DNA of 63,952 bases, counting the filler, from Albugo candida (Eukaryota): NCBI GenBank assembly GCA_040437565.1. It is 32 parts of 32 records of this genome, joined end to end, with 100 filler letters (N's around TTAATTAATTAA, not from the genome) between each part and the next. Parts side by side here need not be neighbours in the genome. Positions count along the whole stretch, not along the records: positions 12,315 to 14,243 come from JBDOQK010000375.1; positions 14,344 to 16,268 come from JBDOQK010000376.1; positions 16,369 to 18,293 come from JBDOQK010000377.1; positions 18,394 to 20,314 come from JBDOQK010000378.1; positions 20,415 to 22,333 come from JBDOQK010000379.1; positions 22,434 to 24,348 come from JBDOQK010000380.1; 26 more parts are not named here. One strand, 5' to 3'. Below, in pieces: positions 12,492 through 24,448 of this stretch. How positions within the stretch are numbered: position 1 is the stretch's first letter; each line of letters starts with the position of its first letter. The notes beneath the pieces were generated by a model that was not told the origin of the DNA, did not search any database, and saw only the letters and a program-made list of their open reading frames with translations. Both the position numbers and the translations under genes were made by a program.

Positions 12492-13268
12492 ATGAATATT
12501 GTACGAAGTCGCTTCCACCTGTTTGTGCACTTAATGTGCTTCATCCTCAAGTCAGAAGCTGAATCTGAATTGAACCTCAATTTCGAGTGGAAGTGCACCC
12601 CATATACTAATACGTTTGATGATGAACAGCCCGCATGTATTTATTTAGGTATGTCGGCAATGAGTAAAGCACAATGCAGTAAAGTAATCCCGCGAAAGTC
12701 TGATCATTCTAGTGGCCCTGGTAATGACCTGCTCCGTGAGAAATTGTATAACGAAAATATCAAATTAATTCTAAAACCGGGCACGGCCTTAGAAGTATAT
12801 CGAAGTCTCCACATATATATCAAAGAAAATGCGATACATCTGGTACCAAAGGACCCTCCAACCGGGTCTTTTATCGACATTGATAACGTGTTTGATGAGA
12901 ACACGGGCTGGAGCTCTGAGGTTCAGTCATTGACGATAAACGGCGAGACGCTCTTAAAGACGCATGTAAACTTTGATATAGGCCATACAGGAATAGCTGT
13001 ACCTGAAGTATGGTTTCGCACAAGTCAGCGGACCAACAATCTCAACCTTGTAATGGAATTACGTCTCGAAGATCATAAGACGAAAACGGTATCCATCGTG
13101 TCCGGACCTGGAGCGACTCGAACAAACGGAAAGTTCGTGTCAATTGGGAGAGACTTGATGGAGGAAGCTGGGATTGAACTATTTAAGAAGGGCGGCAAAT
13201 ATATGGTAAGGTATCCCGGCGATCACGTTGATGGCCAGACTTCCCAAACCACCGAATATTCCCTCTAG
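12492..13268 (+). CDS. Intronless 258-aa putative secreted protein of unknown function
   Basis: Complete ATG-to-TAG ORF. Hydrophobic N-terminus ending SEA (signal-peptide-like), three Cys in the mature N-terminus, no recognised domain. Confidence 0.65.
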   Translation: MNIVRSRFHLFVHLMCFILKSEAESELNLNFEWKCTPYTNTFDDEQPACIYLGMSAMSKAQCSKVIPRKSDHSSGPGNDLLREKLYNENIKLILKPGTALEVYRSLHIYIKENAIHLVPKDPPTGSFIDIDNVFDENTGWSSEVQSLTINGETLLKTHVNFDIGHTGIAVPEVWFRTSQRTNNLNLVMELRLEDHKTKTVSIVSGPGATRTNGKFVSIGRDLMEEAGIELFKKGGKYMVRYPGDHVDGQTSQTTEYSL

Positions 13269-14343
13269 CGATCAAAGAGTTGGCTTCGCACTGCTAGAAT
13301 CGTTGGGGTTGAATGCATGGTAAATATGCCCAATATATGATGATTTCCATCTATTCTTTTCTGTTATCTTCGCAATACAATTGCAGTACACTCCTTTCGC
13401 CATCTTCATACCATGATATGCCGTTTCCCGAGTCAGACTCTTAATCTCACTTATGCGTAAAAAACTTTCATCAACATAATTCTGCTAGCGTTTGTCAATG
13501 AAGCAAGCCACCGGGAAAACGATTTTCGAGTTGTAAATACCCTTGCTTGTATTTGAATCGCTTAAATGGCAAAGCAATCATCTTCAAGGCAACCAGACTA
13601 TAACTCCTTCTCCTCTCGTGAAATTCTAAATCAGCAATGGTTGCGTGTCCAGTTTCTACTTAGTAATTGGCTTGATCCACTTCACACCCCTTTCCCAATC
13701 CGCACACCGTGAAAGCCTGCATTCATCTATATGCCGATTCTTCTCTCAATGAATTCTTTGAGACCGTCCAGTGGGTGGTGCTGCACATTTTGACGGCTCT
13801 TCTAACTGGACGCATGATCTCTTGGTTGTACCTTTTAGTAAGTGTTAGGCAATAGCAAAAAAAGAACTCGCCTGTCATCATAATGTGGAAGAAAAAGGCT
13901 CCAACGATGGAATGGATCAGCCTGACAGAGAGCATAACATCATAAAGGATAGGCACCAATTGCTGAGACCCATGAAGCATATGTCTTACCAAGCTGGTAC
14001 ATATGAAGGTGTTCGGAGAAAGCCACTTCAAGGGTACAAAATTGCGAAATTCTACAACCGTCAACCAGTCATAAGCGCCTCTATTCGATTGAAGCAAATC
14101 ACACCATCTGAAATCAGAGTGGCATCTGTCGACGTGAGCTTTCTCGTCCAGCTCATTGTTCCTTCCAAACGATATCTAACTCCCAGGCGAATGATAAACT
14201 CACTGATACAGAATCATCAATAAATTGCAACCAGCATCCGCTCNNNNNNNNNNNNNNNNNNNNNNNNNNNNNNNNNNNNNNNNNNNNTTAATTAATTAAN
14301 NNNNNNNNNNNNNNNNNNNNNNNNNNNNNNNNNNNNNNNNNNN

Positions 14344-14497
14344 CCCAAACCCTAGTTAATACACAATTCATTTAAATAGACAACACAGCTCATTTTAATA
14401 AAGAATTGATCATCTTTTTACACTCTGGTTAATCCAACTGTCTATTTTGATTTTTATTTTTTTATATTTTGTTTTATTTTTATCTTCGGATTCCTCA
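14344..14497 (+). mobile_element. 3' part of the 5' LTR of a Ty3/Gypsy retrotransposon
   Basis: Contains AATAAA (~14397) and a T-rich U5, ends in CA at 14496-14497, and is followed by a T-tract and gag. Same layout as the element at 25.6 kb. Confidence 0.6.
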
Positions 14498-14527
14498 TTT
14501 TTTTTAACCAGCGTGTACTTTGTTAAT

Positions 14528-16268
14528 ATGGCTGTTTCTCGTAATCGTAATCGTAATCAAGACTTACCTGATAATCTCAATAGTGGTGGTTCTTCGCCTT
14601 CCTCATCTTTATCTAGTCAAGCTTCTTTGTCGCCTGCTGTAGGTCAGAATGGTGATGGCAACACAGTTAGTAATGAACAAGTTGCTGGTTCTACTAGGAT
14701 GGAGGTCGATTCTGCTACAGAAGAGACTCGTGCAGCACCTATTACCTCAATTTCTACTACTTCATCTACCACTGATTCTATTGCTATGTTGGAGAACTCT
14801 ATTATGTTGGTAAGAACAAGTATTGCTGAACTTTCCTCTTACATTTCTGCTGCTCCTCATGGTACCGATGAACAGAATGCTCGCACTTTATTGTCTAATA
14901 AGATGAAAGATCTTTCAATGTTTACTAAAAGTCTCAGACTTTTACAAGGGAATAATGTTACTACTTCACCTGCTTCTGTTGTTAAAACTCCTCGTACCTC
15001 ATCTGTTGTGCCTCGTGGTCTAGCTGCCTTTCAGTGGGATGGTCAAGTTGTCGATCGTTCTTTGGGTCAAGTATTTACTGATGTCAAGTTATGTATCCAA
15101 CATTTTCAAGATGTTATGAACAGTTACAATTTGGATCTCGATTCAAATTTTCTACGTGTATTAATATTACCACCTTTACTTCACTCTTATTCTATGCGTG
15201 CTTGGTATGGAGACTTTCTTACTACATTTAAAGAAAAATATCAACGCAACCCTACTTGGAATGAATTCACTACTGCTATTATCGATCGTTATGGCAAGAA
15301 TATACATGAAGAACGTGCTGCTTGCGCTAGGGAATTAAATGAAATAAGAATGAACTCTGGTGAATCTATTGAAGCATTTAATGACAGATTCAACAATCTT
15401 TGCCGTAGAGCTGTGGATCAAATCTTACCTAGTTCAGTTCTTCTTGATGTATATGGAAAGGCTCTTCCTGCTGGTCTTTACCGCGAAGTTGCTCTTGCTA
15501 CTGCCACACTTCCTGAAGCTGAAAAGAATGATATCAATATTATTAGTTCTGCTACTCGTCAATTGTATAACAAATTCAAAAGTCACTATAAATCTACTTC
15601 TTCTTCTAAACGTACTGGTAATGAATCTTCTGGTACTGAATCTTCTACATCTGGGACATCTTCTGTATCTGGATCATCTTCAACTTCTTCTACTCACAAG
15701 AAGCGTCACAGAGAAGAAAACTCTGAAAAATCACACTCATCAAATAAGAAATCTACTTCAAGCAAGAAGGACAAGGGTAAAGGTCGTGCCGACTCAAACA
15801 AGTGGTGTTCGCATCATAAGGTATCTACGCATAATACTGAAGACTGCCGGGCTATTTCTAAAAAGGATTCTGACGATGATGAGTCATCTACCAAGAAATG
15901 TTTCAAATGTGGTGAAGCTAACTGGACTCCTGGTCATAAATGTAAAACCACTGCCCACCGTTCTAATGCTGATACTCGTACTTTTGCTGCCTTGGAATTC
16001 ACTTCTCGTAAGCCTGCTGACTCTGCTCCAGCACTTGCTGAACCTTCTTCTCAAGCTCTTGTGGTTTCGACCATGGACAATCATCCTTCTACTTCATCTA
16101 CTGTTGCTTGGAACAATTTTGCTGTTTCTAATCAAGCCAACACTTCTTCTACTGGTACCTCTACCACTGCTATTACTAATGGTTCATCTTTATCTTCTGA
16201 AGATATGGAAATTGATACTGAACTTGACGAAGCTACTGCTGCTACTATTGCTGAACAAGCTCAAAACT
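14528..16268 (+). CDS. gag: Ty3/Gypsy Gag polyprotein (3' truncated)
   Basis: Retrotrans_gag-like core (PTWNEFTTAIIDRYG...MNSGESIEAFNDRFNNL) with knuckles WCSHHKVSTHNTEDC and CFKCGEANWTPGHKC. Likely ATG at 14528. Confidence 0.88.
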
Positions 16269-16368
16269 NNNNNNNNNNNNNNNNNNNNNNNNNNNNNNNN
16301 NNNNNNNNNNNNTTAATTAATTAANNNNNNNNNNNNNNNNNNNNNNNNNNNNNNNNNNNNNNNNNNNN

Positions 16369-17106
16369 GTTTTCCATTGATCAAGATCATACATAGTTTT
16401 GCTTTCTTTTTTAATAAACTGTTTTTTTATTCCTTTAAAATCATTTGTAAATATAGTATCAATAAAATCAAGCATTTTTTTATTATTGGTCGCAATAACT
16501 ATGTTATGCCCCTTTTTAAGTGAATTTATCATTTCATCTATATACTTGTTTTTTATTGTGAATAGTATATTCATTAATTATATATGATATTTTTCTATTA
16601 AAATGACTTATATAATCTATATAACCCGAGTTTAAAAGAGCATCCATAATAATTATGTTATTCTTTTCATACATTATTTGTAAGAATGCATCATGGCATC
16701 TTTTTTTCTCTTTAATTGAAGACACTAAATGATTCATAGTATATGTCATTTCATCGAAAATGACTAGATCGTATTTTCCTCTAATTCTTTTTATAGAGTC
16801 CATTTGGCAGATAACATATGGGTGCATATCCGGTGTAATAATTCGACCAGTAATTTTATCGTATATCTCGAATAAATTAAGTTCTTGTTCGTATTTTTTA
16901 CATAAAGTTTTTCTAAACGATAGAATTAAACAGTTTTTATACTTTGTACCTAAATTGTATTTAAAAAAATCATAAAGAGTATTTGTTTTTCCCATACCTA
17001 GGGTAGCTTGTATACATAACGTGTCATATTGATTAAATTCATAGAAAGGCATTGTTTGTTGGCATAAAATTGTGGTATTAATAGGTGTTTGGTTATTTTG
17101 AGTCAT
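16369..17106 (-). pseudogene. UL9/Herpes_ori_bp-like replication origin-binding SF2 helicase, frameshifted near 16545 and 3' truncated
   Basis: Ordered motifs ATLGMGKT (I), ILSFRKTL (Ia), VICQMDSI (Ib), YDLVIFDE (II), IIMDALL (III), then KGHNIVIATNNKK (IV) in a second frame. Intronless and very AT-rich. Confidence 0.8.
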
Positions 17107-18121
17107 ATTGTCTTCGGTAGTATAGTGCAGAGTCAATAAGTATTATTTATTAAATATATTTGTTCTTCCTTTTAGGGTATCTTTTAAATTTATAATTAAA
17201 TTCAATTTTGATGATTTTTATATGCATAAATAAATTCTAAAAAACATTTTTGTTCTATAAAAAATTGAAATAACTACAATACAAGAACAGACTCCATTGT
17301 TGTTAATGAATTATTAAAAAAAAAAAACGTTACTTTATTTAAAAAGTAAAAGAGGTTGATTTTGTTTCAGAATTACAAAAAAGTGAAATTCGAAGCTAAT
17401 GTTCACAACATAACTTAACAAAGTAAATTAAGAAGATGAGAAGAAAATATGAATGTCAACTAAAAAAGCTTTGCCTAAAGTTGTTGAAAAATAGTTGTAC
17501 TTACAATTCAGCCTTGTATTTAACTACTTTCATTCATTGGCAAGAGGAAAAATGTGGGGTTCTCTACAAGTACATTTAGACTCTTAAAATATTTGAATGA
17601 CTCTTTATTTCAAATGCGTAGACAAAATGACTCAAAATGACTCCTTATTCAATGGTAACTAATGCTAAATTAGCATCAACTGCAGAGTCTTTATAAAGTT
17701 TTTACTCGACCAGCACATTGTTTGTTTTTAGTATGCACGTATTTTTGAGCTTTCCTCCTTAATTATTGCTATTCAATTGAAAATAGTTCTTAATTCAACA
17801 ATAAAACTTAAAAATCTGTATAATTAATATTTACTTGAAAACGTTGTTGTAAGACTCACTTGACAACTTATTGTGGCCCATATTTATTATGCTGGGAACA
17901 TTATTATTTCTTTTTCATTCCGTTTAAGCGCTAAAAGCTATAGAAATTCATAGAAGCCTTTCTCGGTTTTTCATTGGCTGCTTTTCCAATTTTTTTTTTG
18001 TAGATGTAGATGTGATTGGTTTTTTCGGTCTTTGGATAATTCTTTTAAAAAATTATAAAAAAGGGCCAAAAAAAAATTTCCGTTTTTTTTTTTCTTTTCT
18101 TTTTCTTTACACCTTTAGCAT

Positions 18122-18293
18122 TTGGACAATTTTTAGTGGATAAACGATTACGATGAACGATTACAATTGGACGATTACGATTGGACGATTAAGATAGAAC
18201 GATTACGATTACGATTGGACGATAAACGATTGAAAAATTACGATGGACGATGGATGACGAATACGATAGGACGATGAATGACGAATACGATAG
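18122..18293. repeat. Degenerate short tandem repeat (GGACGATTACGAT-like), running off contig end
   Basis: Repeated ACGAT/GGACGA cores. Confidence 0.85.
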
Positions 18294-18582
18294 NNNNNNN
18301 NNNNNNNNNNNNNNNNNNNNNNNNNNNNNNNNNNNNNTTAATTAATTAANNNNNNNNNNNNNNNNNNNNNNNNNNNNNNNNNNNNNNNNNNNNCGTCGAA
18401 AATGTGCTTAGTCATCACCACACGTACTTGGAGCTTCGTTGTGGCAAAAGAAAAGTTTCCAACCGCAATTGTCATTTAATGACCCTTCTTTGAGTTATCT
18501 TTCCGTATTAGAGCTCTGGAAACCATTTACTCGTTGCCAAAACGTAGCGTCTTCCGCTCGACGTTTAACACTAGCCATAATC

Positions 18583-19504
18583 TTAGACACTTGGCGACGG
18601 TCTGCAAATTTGAGAGTGGTGAGATTGGGGATGACTTATGCATTTGCTCATAAATCCACAAAAATCCAATGAAAATTGCGCAAGTAGCGCTACTTCTTCA
18701 CGAATTTGGAGGAATTGCGTGATGTTCAGATTTGGCTTGGTGCAGTTACAGCATGAGATTTCGTGGTCGACACGCAGTTTCTTTGAATGACGATCCCGGG
18801 CTCTATTTCTCAAGCAGATTCTTGGAAAGTCGGAAGTGTTTGCATCGCAATTGTATTTCTTTTTCGTTGTGTTAGTCGCTTTCCAAACATTCACTGACTT
18901 CGCATTCGCTCTCACTCCAAAAAGGACACACTTGGCCATGCTGATTCACTACAGCTGAATGATCCCATTTTCGTGTCTCGTACCGCTCTATTTCTTCTTT
19001 AAGCGTTAGTAATCGTTGCTTTCTTATTGACGTGCTATCAATCACTTGTACACCGCCTGATGTCGATTCTTCTCTCAGTAATTTCCTTTGGTTTTTGTTG
19101 ATGGACATGTGCGATTCTGTGCAAAGGCTTATGTCCTCTTGGCTTGTCATCCACTGATTGTCGCTCGTACTGCTTCGATTGATCGCACTTTGTGATAGAA
19201 TATCTTTGCTGACTGGACACGAGTGAAGGTGAGGAATTTGTTATCGATGCCACTAGAGCGGCAGTGCGCTTCACCGCTAGCGACTCTCACAATGTCGAGG
19301 TAGAATTGATTGCTGACGGGAATCGTTATTCGATAATTGTACGTCGTCGGCTACAAGATGGAACGTTTCAAGCAGACGTTGTAAATCTGGTTGACATTTT
19401 TGTAGTTCTTCGTTTCCGAGAGGAAGAAGACTATAACTGACCTCGTACACTCGAGCGGAGAACGTGATCAGCTCGAGCCTCTCGCCACTAAGCAAATCTT
19501 CCAA
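18583..19504 (-). pseudogene. Probable decayed gene of unknown product
   Basis: A chain of abutting or overlapping same-strand ORFs in different frames starting at an ATG. No recognisable domain. Confidence 0.3.
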
Positions 19505-20414
19505 CGTGAAGTGTCATTTTTCCTGTACAAATCAGTACTATAGTCACAATTTCCAAACTTCAAGCAGCTTCCAACCTTTCACATTGCCCATACCATTTAC
19601 GCACGTGATCGCGATATTGCATGAGCAGTATTACGCTCCATCACAAAGCCGTGAACGGGAGTATTTATTGACGCGTAATAGCTTATTTCTTGCATATCAG
19701 CTTTGTATTCTGCTGCCGTCGTATTGCTTATCCTTTGCTTTCCGAACAAGACTCAATTTCGCATAATCCCTTACAATACGTTTTTTTCAATACATCGTCC
19801 TTCAAACTTCGAGATTTAGCGTTTTTTCACATCGTGGTAGTGTTGTAAGGACTCGTTTCTTTGATGGCTAAGCGTTTTCTTCTGGCTACCGTCATAGTTG
19901 CAACCCACCAAATCTCTTATGTATCGCATTCTGTAAAGGTCTCTTCGTCACTTGCATATACGAGTCGATATGACCTGTTCTGACTGCATTGTTGATAGCA
20001 AAAGAATGTAAGTCTTGATGATTCGTCTTTGCTTTCCACGTGTACATAGAATCCACTCCTCCAAATTTGCGACGGTTACCACTATCCATTATCCATCTTT
20101 CAACATCGCTATTCTCATTATCGGAGTCGCTATTCATATACAAATACATCCATCATCTATGTAACTGGAATTTTTATAGCGTTGCAAAAAAAGCTTTTAC
20201 ATTACACAATAGTATGCTCTTTTTGTAGCATGTAAAGGAGGCTTCTATTTAGGTTATTACGCTACTCTGATCTTGCACCAGAGAAGTGATTGTATAAAAT
20301 TGCGCTTTGAAACANNNNNNNNNNNNNNNNNNNNNNNNNNNNNNNNNNNNNNNNNNNNTTAATTAATTAANNNNNNNNNNNNNNNNNNNNNNNNNNNNNN
20401 NNNNNNNNNNNNNN

Positions 20415-20968
20415 ACCATTTTCTCCATCTTTTCCAATTCCATTCCTAACTTTTTTTCCACAGGGTGTACTAGCAGGTTATTTCCAAACTCTTGAAGTTT
20501 TAATAATTCTTCTGCGGTGAATATTTCTTCTAAAGTCGTGTCCCCTAAATCAACAACAAACGAATGTATAGGGCTATACAAAGAAATCTTTATATTAGTT
20601 GTATATCATTTACATTCATGTCAATTGTAATAATAATCATATTAGGAAAACTCACTGAAGATAGTTGCATTTTACACCATAGTTAAATAATTTTTCTTCA
20701 ACTGATAATATTTGATTGCCTGCTGTTGATTTAGTTTCAGTAAGATACCAAAAATGTTGTTTGTCAAGCTCGTTAAAATTTGAAATAAATTGCTCTTTTA
20801 AAGCTTCAGTTAATGGTTCTTTCAAAGAATATTTCTTTGCTGTTGTAGTAGTAGCTGTTGTTCTTGCCACTGTGGTTGTAGTAGTTGTTGTTGTTGCTGA
20901 TACAGAATTTGCAGTGTTTAAATCAGATATTTTTCTTTTGATTGCCTTAAACGAGTGGCTTCCTTCTG
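20415..20968 (-). CDS. N-terminal part of a Mucorales REase-like family protein (multi-exon, truncated)
   Basis: FWYL...SVEEKLFNYGVKCNYL, an intron at ~20576-20655, then PIHSFVVDLGD...IFTAEEL. This matches the W-x-L...VE...C..HPxHSFxxD pattern recalled for this family. A further intron lies at ~20970-21020. Confidence 0.55.
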
Positions 20969-21850
20969 TCTAAAAAAAAGTTTAGTCCACTGAGATTTGG
21001 TAATTCTTGATTAAACCTACTTAGCAATATCAACTTTAATAATTGCGCACAAATTTCTATTCTGTTCAACCAATCCCTTTTAAAATCGGCAAAGTTTTTT
21101 CCAGGGGGATAACTTTCTACTATGACATCTCCAGTTCCAAGATTACATTGATCAGATCAATAGTGCCATTGTTGTTGATGCGTATAAGTACAGGGCCCAT
21201 AACTACAATGTTGCGCAGCATGATGAGTAAATGTTTGGAAAGTGAAGGAAAAAAAAAGTTGCCAAAATAGCAGGCAAGAAGGAAGAAAAAAATAACCTAC
21301 TTTCTTTATACTCAGGGTTTGTGTCACTTGAGTGCCAGCCAAATATCTGTGAGAGACATGTTTGTAGTCATGATTATTATTGTAATGGCAAACGAAGTCA
21401 TACGGAAGGGATGGACTTTTTTACGTGGTTGCTATACGAATTGCAATACCAGTAAAAAATACCAGATCAAATATTATTTTCCACAAATTTATAAACAAAT
21501 GATTTCTCTGCCTTTGCTTCTTGAAAGTTCAAATTGAACATCTTGTTTTTTTGGTTCAAGATGGCTTTTCCTTCGAGTAGTACATTGGCTTGGTCCTCTT
21601 GAATAAGCGAAAGATGTCTAAGGGTGACAAAGAACCAACTCACGGCAATTCTTTTGAGCCGGTTAATAGCAACTCAGAAAGTCACGGGTGGCGGGACCGA
21701 CTAAGGATATCCAGCTGTTTCCTTAAAACTCTGTGTTTTTATATCATACAGTTCTCCTTCAGGCTTGTAGCAGAGCCTCAACCAAAGTTGCTCTAAGGGT
21801 TATATACCAGCTTAATAATACATTACTAATATGTAATTCTGTATAATTAG

Positions 21851-22333
21851 GTAAGATTGATAGATGACAGTGATCATATCGAAGTACTTGGCCATAGAGA
21901 CTCGTTGATGAAAATGGTTAGAAGTTGTGGTTTTGAACTTTTCCAAAAAGGTTCTACAAAAGAACTTAATACATTAGAACAATATCAAGCAAGGTAAGTA
22001 CAGTTATGATTGCTCAGAAGTGGGTTTTTAACCAACACATTTAATTTATAGTCTCTTTCTCAATTCTATTATTGCTTTGGATGACAAACAATGTACAAAT
22101 GTTTTAAATATTAACCAAGGAGCTTTGTCTTTATTACTTGAAAAATACAAGGCAAAAAACAATCTTGAATCACCTTCTCAAGAAACAAACCTCAAAGTGA
22201 TTTACAATAAAGACAACAACAAGGTAAGAATGATTTAAGGAATTTGACATATAATTGACGTATATTAATAAAAATACTGTAGGCTGATACCAAGCAAAAA
22301 TATCAATACTATATGACTCAGTCATTCAATCAT
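21851..22333 (+). CDS. Multi-exon fungal gene fragment of unknown function, divergent from the previous gene
   Basis: GT-AG introns at ~21994-22051 and ~22224-22282 join an open frame VRLIDDSDHIEV...QASLFLNSIIALDD...YYMTQSFNH that runs to the contig end. Confidence 0.55.
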
Positions 22334-24448
22334 NNNNNNNNNNNNNNNNNNNNNNNNNNNNNNNNNNNNNNNNNNNNTTAATTAATTAANNNNNNNNNNN
22401 NNNNNNNNNNNNNNNNNNNNNNNNNNNNNNNNNAGAAAAAGCTGCATCAATGGATCTTGATAAAGATTATAGAACTATTTCAAGTGAATAAACATCTACT
22501 TATGTGCGAGCCAACGCCGCTATTAAAGGTCCGTCAACGTATGAAGAGGTTCATCAGGATACGGAAAGAAATCATTAGAAAGATGCTATCCAACAGAGCT
22601 AAATGCTTTGCTTGTAATGGAATGATAGAATTTTTTCGAGTAACCCATTGAGAATACCATATTTGGATGTAAATGGGTATTCAGCATTAGAAAAATGAGC
22701 ACGGCGAAATTTTGTGATACAAAGCTCGAGTTGCTGTTCAGAGGTTTCGACAAATGCTAGAAGCTAATTAATCGAGAGCAAATCACCTGTAGCCACCAAG
22801 AGCTCCATTAGGCTCTTTTTATCACAAAGTTGCAATCTTGAATTGAAAAAAAAAGCACGATTTGAACACAGCCTTTCGAACCGATAACTTTGAACTAGAC
22901 ATATACATGTGGCCTCTACGGTTTACCAAAACCAGAGTTGGACAAGTTTGCAAGTTGGAAAAAAAGCATATATGCTGTTAAAACAAGCAATAGCAGTATG
23001 GTTAAAACCATCACAACAGCATTTGTCGACTCGGAGCCTCACCCAGAGTGTGACGGATTCGTGGATACTCATGCGAATCGATTGTATTGGTCTTGTGCTC
23101 CTCGCGATATACGTAAAAGATATGCACATGTTAGCGAAAAAAGTTAAAACGTCTCTGTCGATACAATTCAGACCAAACTGTCAGAAATTTTTGTGGTATC
23201 ACATATTCAAAGATACTATTTCTTTAAGGTCCTGAGTTCAAAAAAGATAGTTCAAGGCAAAAACACAATTCTCTAAATTCCTATCTATACTTTTAGTAAC
23301 CTTTTTCTTATCTCAACCTCCCTCCTTATTTATGATCTGATCCTATCCGAATTTCCTATGAACTTATCCTATTGTCTTCAACACATACAAGCTTAGAATC
23401 ACAGTATCCCGCATAGATTGGACGGGAAACAAAAAACACTTTTTCTATGAAACATCCGAAAAGGCCATAATGTCTCAACAAAAGAGAATTTGGATCTCAA
23501 CGGAGAAAAAAAGTCCAGGAGTACTATGTGGCAAAATTTACCAGAATTTAGGCCCCAAATCTGTGTATCTCTTTCAACTTCATTCGATGAGAACATCTAA
23601 ATACTTACCTTATCAAAATGTACTTCTAAAAGCTTATATTGCTGAAAACTCCAATATTATCATTTGATCTTGGTTAAGCGTTAGTCCAGCACAGAAAGCA
23701 ACTTGACTGCTCTTGGCAGGAATTAACAAAATGTATTTTGATCTTGACTAGAATTTTCGTGGTTTGATCACAGCAGTGCACAAACATTCCCAAACGGAGA
23801 GATTGAACTTGATATTTCAGTAGTCCTTAAGAGTTTACTTATAAGAAAACATTTGTTGTTTTCCGATTTTGCCGGTCTGATGAATAAACTGTGACAAAAA
23901 ATTCTTTCTACGAAGACTGATGCTAAAAATTTAGTTAGATTTGTTTTTCTGACCATTCTAAGGTTTTATGAAGGTTGAAAAAATTGATGAATGAAATGAT
24001 GAAACTGTTCACTGGCATATATACTGGGGTTTCAGCTGTTTTTGCTTGTCTTCACCCTGGCCTTCGTTTACTTTTCATCTGACAGGATACAGAACGCAAC
24101 ATTCAATTTCTCGGATTCATTTTGTTGACCTTGGCTACGGATCTTCGATGGGGTGGACCGACACGTCGTCGAGAGTTGACTCAAAAAATGCGTTGAGCAA
24201 TATCAGAATACTCGCACACGCACTTCCTGAATGCTCAGATATTATCTGGTATCGCTCATGCAAAAAGTCGATGTGGATTATGTGTCTACATACGGCTAAG
24301 GTTTTGTGGCAGACAAATCTGCCGCTAAGATGCAGATTACCTGATGATNNNNNNNNNNNNNNNNNNNNNNNNNNNNNNNNNNNNNNNNNNNNTTAATTAA
24401 TTAANNNNNNNNNNNNNNNNNNNNNNNNNNNNNNNNNNNNNNNNNNNN

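Noticed and set aside
15360-16316. 318-aa Leu-rich overlapping ORF in gag
   Set aside because: Shadow frame caused by NNT codon bias of the Ser/Thr-rich gag; non-ATG start and no domain.
22434-24348. Short overlapping ORFs as genes or transposase pieces
   Set aside because: No recognisable motif or consistent splice structure.
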